A DNA stretch of 64,000 nt from an uncultured virus (IMG/VR IMGVR_UViG_3300025284_000066). Its lineage: Duplodnaviria > Heunggongvirae > Uroviricota > Caudoviricetes. Position numbers and translations under genes: made by a program. Of this stretch, positions 35,807 through 45,977 are shown piece after piece. Every line of letters starts with the position of its first letter. Position 1 is the first letter of the stretch. The stretch lies in the IMG/VR virus record IMGVR_UViG_3300025284_000066; one strand, 5' to 3'. Under the pieces are notes generated by a model. That model did not search any database and was not told the DNA's origin. It was given only the letters and a program-made list of their open reading frames with translations.

Positions 35807-37069
35807 ATGGGCCACCGAATCGCCGGCGTCCTCTACGGGGAGAACATCGTTGGCCGCATTCTTGAAGTGCGGCAAGGCCTTGATCCGTTGCTGGTGTCTT
35901 CAGATCTGATTTCCTACCCCGGCTCCGTCGGGAGCAGCGGCGCGTTTGCCGCGCTTGCACCGGACTTGAAGGCCGGTGTGGTCACGTTCAACAGCGGCAT
36001 CTCGGGGTCGAATTTTCGCTACTACCCTGACATGAACACGATGGCCAACCCAGTGACGCCGGCCGCCGGCTTTGCTGCAACCACCACGGTGTGCGCGATT
36101 TCGAACGATCACTACGCGGTCGGCGGCACCAGCTCTCCCTACCTCTACGTCTTCAAGCGGAGCGACCACTCGCTGGTCACGGTGGCCACGACCAACCTCG
36201 GCACCATCTATGCGTTGGACTTCTCGCCGGACGGTACAAAGCTGGCGGTGACGCACGGCAGTTCGCCCTATATCCGCGTCTATAACACCTCGACGTGGGC
36301 TTATACCGATGCGGTGACGGTGCCCGGCGGCGGTGGCAATTACGGACTCGTGTTCACCTCGGATAGCACGCGCTTTGTCGTGATGTGTGCTTCTTCGCCC
36401 TTCATTTCGATCTACAACGCTACGACCATGGTGCGAAGCTACGGCTACACCGCGAGCAGCAAGTACACCCCGACGACCAACTACATCCGCCCCCTCGCGC
36501 GGCATCCCACTACGGCAAACTCGATCTTGATGGCGTTCGGCACCTCGCCGTTCATCGCGGAGTTCAATGCGGACACCCAGGTCTTCACGGATTTCACTGC
36601 CCTGACGACCGGTGGCGTGATCGGGCCGGGCTACAGCCTGACGGTCGATCCAGATCCAACGGAGGACGCGGTCTACCTCCGCCACAACACTGGTTCGACA
36701 TCGCCAACCCGGACGATGTCGAAGTTCAGGATCTCCACGCGCGCACCGTTCCCGGCGCAGTCGCCACTGTTCCGCAACGCCATGTGGGGCAGCACTGGCG
36801 CGCTGACGCCATTTGTCATCACTTACGACACCCCCTACAAGATCACGGGCACGGTGCGGGACATCAGCAACAACCCCGTGGCGCGCGTGGTGCGCGCGCA
36901 TCGACGAGATACCGGTGAGCTCGCCGCCCAAACCACCTCGAGCGCGAGCACCGGCAACTACGACCTGCGCGTGCCGGACATCGGGCCTTACGACGTGCAG
37001 TTCATGACGGCCGCCGGCGAGCTGCTGAACGACCTGTTCTACGCGCAGACGGAGCCGCAACCGGTCTAG
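35807..37069 (+). CDS. Beta-propeller putative receptor-binding protein
   Basis: Repeated SPY(I/L)xVY blades, DFSPDGTKLAV; C-terminal ITGTVRD...TGNY module. Confidence 0.7.
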   Translation: MGHRIAGVLYGENIVGRILEVRQGLDPLLVSSDLISYPGSVGSSGAFAALAPDLKAGVVTFNSGISGSNFRYYPDMNTMANPVTPAAGFAATTTVCAISNDHYAVGGTSSPYLYVFKRSDHSLVTVATTNLGTIYALDFSPDGTKLAVTHGSSPYIRVYNTSTWAYTDAVTVPGGGGNYGLVFTSDSTRFVVMCASSPFISIYNATTMVRSYGYTASSKYTPTTNYIRPLARHPTTANSILMAFGTSPFIAEFNADTQVFTDFTALTTGGVIGPGYSLTVDPDPTEDAVYLRHNTGSTSPTRTMSKFRISTRAPFPAQSPLFRNAMWGSTGALTPFVITYDTPYKITGTVRDISNNPVARVVRAHRRDTGELAAQTTSSASTGNYDLRVPDIGPYDVQFMTAAGELLNDLFYAQTEPQPV

Positions 37070-37071
37070 CG

Positions 37072-40000
37072 ATGCCGTACACGCCCCCGACCAGCCCGCT
37101 GAACGCTTCGTGGGTCGGGGCACCGACCTACCGAGGGCCCGCGCGCGTCATCCTCGGCACCTGGGTCACGCCGAATCAGTGGATCTACCAGCCGGCCAGC
37201 GCCGAGGGCGGCATGGGCACGCCAACGGTCATCGGGCAGCAGCTCGTGGCGGCTGCAGGTGCCGGTGACCAGACCCAATGGGGTACGACCTTCGCGCTGA
37301 CGAAGGTTCTCTACTACCGGCCGCCGCAGTACACCATCACCGCTTCGTGGGTCGGCAAGCCGGTCTACATCCGCACCATCGGCGCATCCCTGTCGGTCAC
37401 CTGGGACCAGCAGCGCGCCTACGTCAATCCGCCGGGCTTTCTGTCCGAGGCGACGGGCACGCCCTTCGTCACGCAGCAGCAGTTCGTGCGGCCGGTGGGC
37501 TTCACGCCGCTGGCCTTCGGTTCCACGTACGCGATCTTCCCCTACCAGTACGCGCCGCCGCGCTGGACGATCAATGCGAGCTGGGTGGGCAAGCCGGCCT
37601 ACACACCCGCGGTGGGCGTGCGCGATGGGCTCTGGACGCTGCCGTCAGAGGACAAGTACATCCCGCTGACGGGCTGGGACTCGTGCAGCTTCGGCGCCGC
37701 CACGATCCAGAACTACCTCACCTACGTTGCGCCGGGTGGGTTCGACAGCCTGGCCGTCGGCGCGCACCAGGTGCGCAATGCGGCGGGCGCGCTGCGGCCA
37801 ACGGGCATCGCCAGCCAGCTCTCGTTCGGTGCCGCCCTCGTGGCGTTCGGACAGCGCAAGGTCACGCCCACGGGCGTGGATCTGTCGGGCTTCGGCGCGG
37901 CCGCCGTGGTACTGAAGAACAGGCGTCTCTTCCCAGGTGGCTTCGATGCGATGGCCGGTGGCAACCCGACCATCATCAACCGGAACCGGTACATCGCAGC
38001 CGGCAACATCGTGCCGCCGGCGCTCGGCACGAGTTCGACGGTCTGGCTCTACACCCGATACCTGCTGCCGAGCGGGCTGGTGGCCACCGGTTTCGCGAGC
38101 ACCAACCGGGTGAGCCACGACCGGCAGTATGTGCAGCTGAACGCGGGCATCCCCACGCCAGGCTTCGGCACAGCCTGGATCAGCCAGGGCACGCGGCTGG
38201 TGGCTCCGGCGGGCGCGTTCCTCGATGCCGTCGGCAGGCCGAACGTGGGCGGCACGCGCTACATCACGCCAACGGGCTGGGACTCGTCGGCCTTCGGCAC
38301 ACGGGTCATCCCTGAATCGCAGACCGTGGCGCCGCAGGGCTTCCGGGAGGTCTGGGGCGACACGAACATCAAGAACCAGCTGTCGTTCGTGCGGCCGCCC
38401 GGGTTCGAGACGAACGTGCAGGAGCAATACCGCTGGGGGCGGGCGCAGGTCTACAACCTGCGGCAGTACGTGGTGCAGAACTACGACCCTACCGACGGGC
38501 TCAGCCCGCCGCCGTGGCCGCAGTGGACGGCTATCGAGAACCGCAACCGCGTGGTGGGCGCGATCGGCATCGCGCCGCCGCGTGTGGGCGAGCCGCTGGT
38601 GTTCAACAACGCCCGCGTGATCGCGCCGGCTGGCATGACGCCTCCTGGCTATCCGGGCACGACGCCGGCAGGCCTGGTCGCCTATGGCGTGCGGCTGCTG
38701 CCGCTGGAGGGCATCGAGCCGCCGCCGCTGCTGAACTGGAACGCGGTCTACAACGCGGCGCGCGTGGTGGCGCCGGCCGGGGCCGATACGCAGCTCTTCG
38801 GCGTGCCCGCGCTGGAGAACACGCGGCGCTACTACCCGCGGATCGGGAACATCGACTCGGCGGCCTACGGCACCGCCTTCATCGACTTCGCGATTCGGAC
38901 GCTGGACATCGAGTCCCGCTACGCGATCCAACCGCCCGACGTGCCGCTTCCCGAGGTCAAGTTGCACACGCGCTACGTCGATCCGAGGGGCGATGACATG
39001 TCGCGCATCGGGCTGGCCGCGCTGTCCATTCACTTCAACATCCTCCTGCCCAGGTGGACGCACCGGGACTTCTTCGGCGAGCCGCGTGTGCACAACGTGA
39101 CCCCCGAAATGCGGGGCTACGGATGGAACTCGGAGGAGTTCGGTGACGCCTTCGTGCGGCTGCAGTACCGGCCCGTGGCGCCGGATGGCGCCGCCACTCA
39201 GCTCTTCGGGCAGGTCAAGATCGCCGACCGCAAGCAGACCATCGCGGTGCCGGGCAACAACTTCATGCGCGTGGGCGACAAGCTGGTGGTGACACGGGCT
39301 GGTGCACCGCCGTACGCCACGCAGTGGATCATCCAGGACCAGGAGATTGCCTCTGAGAGCGAGTTCGGCAAGCCAGGGCTGAACCAGTATGTCCTCTACG
39401 TGCCCGGCATCACCGCACCGCCGCTGGGCGACGCGACGGTGCGCAGCAATGGCGTCATGGTCGACGCCGGCATCAAGGTGGACGGCTACGGCGAGCCCAC
39501 CGTTTCGCTGAAGAGACGCTATCTCACGGTGGCCGAGTGGCCCGACGTGCAGGTCTTCGAGCCGACGCCCGCGCGAATCACGCCGCACACCATCTACGCG
39601 GTGGTCGAGGCGCCGGCACAGGCCATCCGCAACCACCCGCCCGCCAACCTGCACTATGTCGGCCAGACGCTGGAATACGGGCCGGGCGCCCGGTTTGGGC
39701 AGCACTCGGTGCGCACCTACCGCGGCATCCTGTCGCCCTCGACCGTGGGGAACACCGCGCAGCTCGGTGCGCCCTCTGTCCAGCTGCACCGGCGCTACCT
39801 GGAGCCGGCGGGTATGCAGGCCTACCGCATGGGCTGGGTGGTGCTGGGTGACGGCACGCAGTTCGTGAAGCAGTTCGGCGGCGCCGACATGCAGCTCTTC
39901 GGGCAGCCGGCGGTGGCGCGCGGGCCGTACCTGGGGCCGCAGACCGTTCGTCCTGTGGGCCTCGCGCCGCCGGACTTCGGTGTGACCTGGGTGTCGCTGT

Positions 40001-40398
40001 TGCACCGGACCTTCCAGTTCACCGGCTTCAACGCGCTGGCGATGGGCGGGTCGCGCGGGGAGCCGCCGTATCAGTGGCAGTCGCTCCACGTTGGCCCCCT
40101 GATGCCGACCATTCCGCCTGGCATCGACGCGGCTGCTTTCGGGACCGCGTGGATCTCGCTACGCATCCGGGGCCTGGAGCCGCAGGGCTTCGAGGCGTTC
40201 GCAAGCGAGTACGACCCGGAGAATTTCGCCGCGCGCATGCACGTGCGCAATGCCTATGTTCCGTCGGGCCCGGCGGCGCGCACGCTCGTGCCTGTGGGGA
40301 TCGACGCAGCGCAGGCCGGCGTGCCCAATGCCAAGCTGGCCGTGCACTACATCCGGCCCGACGGCAACGCCGATCAGTACCGAAAAGGAGCCTTCTAA
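37072..40398 (+). CDS. Large repetitive tail protein (1108 aa)
   Basis: Three ASWVG(A/K)PxY repeats and many PxGxxxxxFG repeats. Confidence 0.75.
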   Translation: MPYTPPTSPLNASWVGAPTYRGPARVILGTWVTPNQWIYQPASAEGGMGTPTVIGQQLVAAAGAGDQTQWGTTFALTKVLYYRPPQYTITASWVGKPVYIRTIGASLSVTWDQQRAYVNPPGFLSEATGTPFVTQQQFVRPVGFTPLAFGSTYAIFPYQYAPPRWTINASWVGKPAYTPAVGVRDGLWTLPSEDKYIPLTGWDSCSFGAATIQNYLTYVAPGGFDSLAVGAHQVRNAAGALRPTGIASQLSFGAALVAFGQRKVTPTGVDLSGFGAAAVVLKNRRLFPGGFDAMAGGNPTIINRNRYIAAGNIVPPALGTSSTVWLYTRYLLPSGLVATGFASTNRVSHDRQYVQLNAGIPTPGFGTAWISQGTRLVAPAGAFLDAVGRPNVGGTRYITPTGWDSSAFGTRVIPESQTVAPQGFREVWGDTNIKNQLSFVRPPGFETNVQEQYRWGRAQVYNLRQYVVQNYDPTDGLSPPPWPQWTAIENRNRVVGAIGIAPPRVGEPLVFNNARVIAPAGMTPPGYPGTTPAGLVAYGVRLLPLEGIEPPPLLNWNAVYNAARVVAPAGADTQLFGVPALENTRRYYPRIGNIDSAAYGTAFIDFAIRTLDIESRYAIQPPDVPLPEVKLHTRYVDPRGDDMSRIGLAALSIHFNILLPRWTHRDFFGEPRVHNVTPEMRGYGWNSEEFGDAFVRLQYRPVAPDGAATQLFGQVKIADRKQTIAVPGNNFMRVGDKLVVTRAGAPPYATQWIIQDQEIASESEFGKPGLNQYVLYVPGITAPPLGDATVRSNGVMVDAGIKVDGYGEPTVSLKRRYLTVAEWPDVQVFEPTPARITPHTIYAVVEAPAQAIRNHPPANLHYVGQTLEYGPGARFGQHSVRTYRGILSPSTVGNTAQLGAPSVQLHRRYLEPAGMQAYRMGWVVLGDGTQFVKQFGGADMQLFGQPAVARGPYLGPQTVRPVGLAPPDFGVTWVSLLHRTFQFTGFNALAMGGSRGEPPYQWQSLHVGPLMPTIPPGIDAAAFGTAWISLRIRGLEPQGFEAFASEYDPENFAARMHVRNAYVPSGPAARTLVPVGIDAAQAGVPNAKLAVHYIRPDGNADQYRKGAF

Positions 40399-41585
40399 TG
40401 ACCGACACCTCCCTCATGCCGGTGGCCGGCATCAACAACGTCTCGGAGGATGCTGCCATGCAGCGCGGCGGCGATGCCGCGCGGTTGTTCGTGCGCGATG
40501 CGGTGAACGTGGACATCACCCCGGCGGGGAAGGCATCGGTTCGCATGGGCGAGCGCCTGGTGAGCGCGGCACGGTTCCGCGACGTGTGGCAAAGCCCACT
40601 GCACCGCGACACCTTCGGCACTCTCGCTGGCAAGTGGGTCAAGATCAACCCGGCCGACTGGTCGCACGAAGAGCTTGCTACGGTGGGGGAGGGTGCAGAA
40701 CACGCAGTGTTGAACAGCCTCGTCTGCGTAGCCGGGCCTGCAGGTCTGTTCACATTCGACGGCAGCGCGGCGCAGCGCCTGACGCTTGACACGCCGCCCG
40801 CACCGCTGCTGACTGCCGGCACAGGCTCACTGGAGCCGGGCACCTACGGCGCGGCCGTGGCTTGGCTGCGCGGCGCGCAGGAATCCGCCCCGTCCGAGCT
40901 CGCAACCGTCGAAGTGGGCCCAAGCGGAGCGCTCGAGGTGACTCTGCCCATCTGGCTCGACCCTACGCTCACTGGCGTTCGGCTGTACCTGACGCGGCGT
41001 GATGGCGGCGAGCTGCTGCGCGCCGGAGACTGGCCGGCCGGTACCGCGTCGATCCACCTACCACTGCTGCCCCAGCTCGGCGCGGCGGCCCAGTTCCGCC
41101 ACCTGTCGCCGATGCCCACAGGGCGTTTTCTCTCGTACTGGCGCGGCCGGCTGCTGGTCGCCCGCGGCAACGTGCTGCGCTGGTCTGAAGCACTGGCCTA
41201 TCACCTGCACGACGAGCGGCACGGGTTCGTTCAGATGCCGCAGCGCATCACCTTCGTGCAGCCTGTCGACGGCGGTGTGTGGGTCGGGCAGGTCGATCAC
41301 GTCGTCTTCCTTCGCGGCAGCGCGCCCGCCGAGTTCTCGGCGGAGCGCAAAGGAGGCCGCGCACCGGTGCCTGGCAGCGCCATCCTCGCGTCGCCGGATG
41401 CTCTCGGCGGTGACCTCACCGCAGGCGGCAGTGACGCGGCGGTCTGGCTGGCGGAAAACGGCTACGTCGCCGGTACCGCCTCCGGCGCGCTGGTGGAGCT
41501 GCATGCGGGCGTGCTGAAGGGCATCACGGGCCGTGCCGGAACCTCTGTAGTGTTTGGCCGGCGCCTGCTGACCGCTGTAGTCTGA
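40398..41585 (+). CDS. Putative tail nozzle/stabilisation protein
   Basis: GINNV...VRDAVNVD N-terminus typical of podovirus tail proteins; AAAGGAG RBS. Confidence 0.65.
   Translation: MTDTSLMPVAGINNVSEDAAMQRGGDAARLFVRDAVNVDITPAGKASVRMGERLVSAARFRDVWQSPLHRDTFGTLAGKWVKINPADWSHEELATVGEGAEHAVLNSLVCVAGPAGLFTFDGSAAQRLTLDTPPAPLLTAGTGSLEPGTYGAAVAWLRGAQESAPSELATVEVGPSGALEVTLPIWLDPTLTGVRLYLTRRDGGELLRAGDWPAGTASIHLPLLPQLGAAAQFRHLSPMPTGRFLSYWRGRLLVARGNVLRWSEALAYHLHDERHGFVQMPQRITFVQPVDGGVWVGQVDHVVFLRGSAPAEFSAERKGGRAPVPGSAILASPDALGGDLTAGGSDAAVWLAENGYVAGTASGALVELHAGVLKGITGRAGTSVVFGRRLLTAVV
41543..41583 (+). promoter_or_regulatory. Degenerate late promoter copy
   Basis: CTCTGTAGTGTTTGGC-N19-TAGTCT. Confidence 0.45.
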
Positions 41586-41617
41586 GGTCTTCCGTCCCGG
41601 GCATCCGGGAATCATTC

Positions 41618-41635
41618 GCTGCGCAGGAGTGCGGC
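41618..41635 (+). promoter_or_regulatory. Putative CsrA-type site 3
   Basis: GCTGCGC-AGGA-GTGCGGC hairpin ~24 nt before ATG 41657. Confidence 0.6.
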
Positions 41636-41656
41636 ATAGGACTACTGGAGCTTCCT

Positions 41657-42235
41657 ATGACGACGCTGCGCAAAGAACTGGCTGCGGACCTGAACCGCGA
41701 AACCTACGATGTCACCGAGCGGGGCATCTACTTCCCCCGTCAAGGCGTGCTTGCACAGGGCGAGTACTTCGACCGTATCAACGGCGGCGAGTGGACCCGC
41801 ACCAAGAACAAGATCGTCATCGAAGGGCTGGCGCACATCCTGAACGTGGCGCTGGGCAGCACGGCCAAGCCGGCGGGCTACTTCCTGGCCCTGTTCAGCG
41901 GCGCGGCGGCGCCGGCCGACAACTGGACGGCCGCCAGCTTCGCGGCCACCGCGTCCGAAATCGTCAGCCTCACTGAGGGCTACACCAGCCCGACCCGACC
42001 GGCCTGGACCTCGGCAAACACCAACACCGGTTCGATCGACAACATGGCGGCCGTCGCCACGGTCACCATCGCCACCGCCGGCCAGCTCAACGTGACTGGC
42101 GCGGCAATGCTGACGAACAACGCGCGAGGGGGCACGACCGGTGCGCTCGTGTCGGCGACGAAGTACGCTGCCGCCCGCGTGTTCCAGAACGGCGACACCT
42201 ACGACATCGGCTACCGACTCAGCCTGACCGTCTGA
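41657..42235 (+). CDS. Virion structural (tail/fibre-associated) protein
   Basis: NKIVIEGLAHILNVAL...YFLALF...YTSPTRPAW...GDTYDIGY. Confidence 0.75.
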   Translation: MTTLRKELAADLNRETYDVTERGIYFPRQGVLAQGEYFDRINGGEWTRTKNKIVIEGLAHILNVALGSTAKPAGYFLALFSGAAAPADNWTAASFAATASEIVSLTEGYTSPTRPAWTSANTNTGSIDNMAAVATVTIATAGQLNVTGAAMLTNNARGGTTGALVSATKYAAARVFQNGDTYDIGYRLSLTV

Positions 42236-42238
42236 TCC

Positions 42239-44836
42239 ATGCACGCACCGCGCCCCTACGGGCGCTTTGCCGAGCAGGCGGAGCTGTCCCCGGAAGATGC
42301 CGCTGCCGTCGAGCGGCTGGCCAGGACCGCGACCAACTTCAAGCAGCTGTCCGCTTTGGACAGCCTGAAGCGCGTCGCGGCGCTGCCCAGCGGCCGCCAG
42401 GCGGTGGCGATCGACATGGGCGGCGTGTTCCGCATCCTGGTGCTGGAGCGCCACGAGAACCCGGAGCACGAGGTCACCGGCCTCGCCGAGACGAACGTGC
42501 CCATGCTGTTCTCCGGCGCCATCACTCGCGCCCAGGTGCTGGAAGGCGAGGGGGTGGGCATCAAGCTGACCGAGCAGACGCGCCGCCGGCTCGCGGGCTA
42601 CCGTGACGACGAGGAGCTGCCGCCGAAGGATGTGGCGCTGCAGCGTTTCCGCATCGACTACCACGACCGGTTCGCCTACTTCCGACCCGAGTACAGCGGC
42701 ATCTACACGTTCACGCAGTACGTGAAGCAGCGCCCGACCTGGTACAGCGGTGCCATGGCCGAGGTGGCGCAGGTGGTCGGCGGCTACGGCCGGCAGGTGC
42801 TGGCGGACCTGCCCGACGATCCCGTCGAGCGGGCCCGCATGCGCGTGCCCGAGCGCTTCATGCGCGAGATCCGGCGCGAGGTCGCGGGCCTGCGACTGCC
42901 CGGCTACACCGGCTTCCCGGACCGCGAGGGCCAGTTCCAGTACCGCTACCAGCACGGGGAAGGCAACGCCGTGTCGTTCGGCACCGACGGAAGGCCCTGG
43001 CTGCTGCGCATCAGCACGCGGGGCGTCTTCGCCATGCCCTTGCCGTTGGTGCCGGCGACAACCGCCGCCGCCTTCCGCGCCTACGTCGAGGAGGTCGGCG
43101 ATGCCGAGCTGCTGAAGGTGCTGGATCGCTTCGGCGGACTGCCTTCGGGTGAGACGTTCCCCGATGACGAACAGGACTTCGAGGCTTGGCGGCGCGCGGG
43201 CGTATTCATCAAGGTGTGCGACTGCGCCGACTTCTACACGCGGCAGGCCTTCTATGCCGCCGGAGGTTGGTCCCTGAACAGCCGCGGCAGCGAGGGCTTC
43301 AACACCTGTTGGGACCGCGACGACGCGGGCCTTCTGCACGCGCACGCCTACAAGATGAAGCTGCGGCTGGGCGCGGCCGCCAACGGCGGGCGGTTGAAGG
43401 CCTCGTGGCAGTTCGACGGCGAGGACGAGGCCGCCCGCGCACACGGCTATCTGGATCGGGTCTTCGAGCAGCTGCGCGATGGCTCCCACCGCTCGCGCGC
43501 GGCGGCCTACAAGATTCGCCGCGCCACGGCCGCGCAGATCCTGGCGCGCGCTTCGGTGTCGAACGGGCCCGACAACGACTACTGGGACGCGCTCGAGCTG
43601 GAGCCGATCGCTGTGCACCAGGGGAATGTGGCGCGGGTGGGCACGGGCCCCATGTACTGGCCGGGCAAGAACCCGAAGTCGATGGGGCGCTTGAAGTTTC
43701 CGGAACTGCGCGGGCTGGGCTGCGAGTCGTTCGTGATGGTGTCGGAGGACTACGCCGGCCCCGCCGTGCGATGCGACACCATCGTCTTCGGCTGCTACGT
43801 CGACGACGAGCTACAGGTGGTCAAGTATTTCTACGACGAGCGCAAGGTGCAGGAGAAGGTGCAGAGCACCTTCGAGAAATTCATGATCGTCGGCCAGTGG
43901 GAGAAGACCGAAACCACCGGGCTGTCTGGCCTGATGGGCTACTTCTACACCTCGGCATTCGACGACCGGCAGGTGGCGCCGCCGGTCAGCACCACGACGC
44001 ACATCACCGGCATCGACATGGGCTACGGCCAGCCAGCCTTCGCCACGCCGCCGCTCCTGTACTGCGTCGGCTCGCTTTCGCGGGCCCGCTACTACTACCA
44101 CCGCACGACGGTGAAGAGCACCTCGGGCTTCGGCATCGACGTGGCCGCGTGCGTGCCGGTGTTCGAGCGCGACTGCATCCTCTACCCCTACACCGAGAGC
44201 ACCTCCGGCCGCGCCGAGTCGGAGAAGACCGAGCAGTTCGCGATGGCGGACCCGACCTCCTACCAGCTCTGGTGCTACGACAACATCTTTCACTACATGG
44301 GGCAGACGGACAACCACAACAAGGGTGATCCGCCCTCGAAAGACGGTGTGCCTGTCTACGTCGACACGCTGGTCTACTCGCCCACCGAAGTGAGCGACTA
44401 TGCCGACAGCGGCAACTGGTTCAACCTGCCGCCCGGCGGGTTCCTCGACGTGACCGCTGTTTGCGGGCCCTACACCTCGCGCACGTCGAGCACTCACCAT
44501 GCGAACGGCGTTGTCATCGGCGGCGAGGCGCCGGGCTTCGAGCCGTTCTCCAGCGAGAAGCTGTTCCCGGCCGAGCAGTCGGGCCGGCTCAGCGTGTCGT
44601 TGAAGGGCGCCGGCTCTGTCGTCGCCCACAAGGACATTCCGCATTCCTGGTACTTCGGCTTCTCGCCGGAAGAGCAGACCTACTTCTACCGCGACGCGGT
44701 GCATGTAGCGATCGGCGACAGCAGCTACGCCAGCATCTACGAACAGGACCAGAACGGCCTGCGCCGCCGCTGGGGCTACACGGCGCTGGCCGACAACCGC
44801 AGCGCGCACCACTTCATCGGAGTTATCAATGAGTAG
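42239..44836 (+). CDS. Large virion-module protein (865 aa)
   Basis: Long ORF with typical codon usage inside the tail operon. Confidence 0.75.
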   Translation: MHAPRPYGRFAEQAELSPEDAAAVERLARTATNFKQLSALDSLKRVAALPSGRQAVAIDMGGVFRILVLERHENPEHEVTGLAETNVPMLFSGAITRAQVLEGEGVGIKLTEQTRRRLAGYRDDEELPPKDVALQRFRIDYHDRFAYFRPEYSGIYTFTQYVKQRPTWYSGAMAEVAQVVGGYGRQVLADLPDDPVERARMRVPERFMREIRREVAGLRLPGYTGFPDREGQFQYRYQHGEGNAVSFGTDGRPWLLRISTRGVFAMPLPLVPATTAAAFRAYVEEVGDAELLKVLDRFGGLPSGETFPDDEQDFEAWRRAGVFIKVCDCADFYTRQAFYAAGGWSLNSRGSEGFNTCWDRDDAGLLHAHAYKMKLRLGAAANGGRLKASWQFDGEDEAARAHGYLDRVFEQLRDGSHRSRAAAYKIRRATAAQILARASVSNGPDNDYWDALELEPIAVHQGNVARVGTGPMYWPGKNPKSMGRLKFPELRGLGCESFVMVSEDYAGPAVRCDTIVFGCYVDDELQVVKYFYDERKVQEKVQSTFEKFMIVGQWEKTETTGLSGLMGYFYTSAFDDRQVAPPVSTTTHITGIDMGYGQPAFATPPLLYCVGSLSRARYYYHRTTVKSTSGFGIDVAACVPVFERDCILYPYTESTSGRAESEKTEQFAMADPTSYQLWCYDNIFHYMGQTDNHNKGDPPSKDGVPVYVDTLVYSPTEVSDYADSGNWFNLPPGGFLDVTAVCGPYTSRTSSTHHANGVVIGGEAPGFEPFSSEKLFPAEQSGRLSVSLKGAGSVVAHKDIPHSWYFGFSPEEQTYFYRDAVHVAIGDSSYASIYEQDQNGLRRRWGYTALADNRSAHHFIGVINE

Positions 44837-45977
44837 CTACCGCGACGACGTTCAAGAAACCGCTGTTGCCAGCAGCTCCGTATGGCTCGGGCTGACCAGC
44901 GTGACCGAGGAAATCGCGCGCGCGTCGAGCGCGCTACTGTTCGGGCTCATGGTGCTGCACGCCGACGCGGCCGTGGTCAGCGATGCCGTATTCGACCGGC
45001 CCGGCGGCGTCGTCATCGAGCAGGCGCTGGCCAGCGATCAGGTCATCGACGCTCGAACCAGCCACGAGCTTGTTGCCGAGCATGCCGCCGCTTCCGATCA
45101 TGCGCTGGGCCGCCTGCGCGTGCTCCATGCCGATGGCGCGCAGGCCAGCGACCAGGTGATCGACCGTGTGCGTTCGGTAGTGGTCGAGTCGGCGATCGCG
45201 AGCGACCTGGTGCTGGCACAGCGCAAAGCCCGCAGCATGGTGGTGGAGTCGGCCCGCGTCAGCGATTCGGCCCCCAGCTTTGCTTCGTCGGTGGTGCAGG
45301 AGGCCGCGCAGGCCTTGGACTTCACCACGGGCAACCTGCATGCAGCGGACATGCCGGCGGCGGTGGCGACAGCCTCGGATGAGGTGATCGACACGCGGCA
45401 GGCTGCCGCTCCGGTGGTCGAGGTGGCTCATGCCAGCGACGAGGCGTTCGGCCGGCTCCATGCCGTTGACCTGGTGCGCGACAGCGCGATGGCCGAAGAC
45501 CAGATGGTCGGCGAGCCCGTGCGCGCGCAGGCTTGGACGGCGAACACCGAGTCGTGGGCCATGTCGCGCCACGACCCGGTGCCGTTCACATCGCTGGTGG
45601 TGATCGACGGCGCCTTGTACGGCCTGGCCGAGGACGGCGTATACGCGCTGGACACACGAACCACCCAGGCAGCCGCCATTCGCACGGCGCCGGTGGATCT
45701 CGGGCAGGGAATGCTGGTGCACCCGCTGCAGGCCTTCCTGGAGTACGAGCTGGATGGCACCGCAACGATGGACGTGACCACCACGCAGCAGGGCGTGGCC
45801 GAAACCTACAGCTATCCGCTTGAACCGGAGCCAGCTGGCGAGCTCACGAACGGCCGATTCATCTTCGGCCGCGGGCTGCGCGGCAGGCACTTCAGCTTCA
45901 CTCTTCGCCTGGACGCGAAGCGTGGCGAGATCAACGACTTGAGCGTCAATGCGGCGCCGACGAAAAGGAGAGTGTGA
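44829..45977 (+). CDS. Tail-module protein with repeated xASD motifs
   Basis: Periodic ASD repeats; C-terminal GRGLRGRHFSF domain. Confidence 0.7.
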   Translation: MSSYRDDVQETAVASSSVWLGLTSVTEEIARASSALLFGLMVLHADAAVVSDAVFDRPGGVVIEQALASDQVIDARTSHELVAEHAAASDHALGRLRVLHADGAQASDQVIDRVRSVVVESAIASDLVLAQRKARSMVVESARVSDSAPSFASSVVQEAAQALDFTTGNLHAADMPAAVATASDEVIDTRQAAAPVVEVAHASDEAFGRLHAVDLVRDSAMAEDQMVGEPVRAQAWTANTESWAMSRHDPVPFTSLVVIDGALYGLAEDGVYALDTRTTQAAAIRTAPVDLGQGMLVHPLQAFLEYELDGTATMDVTTTQQGVAETYSYPLEPEPAGELTNGRFIFGRGLRGRHFSFTLRLDAKRGEINDLSVNAAPTKRRV

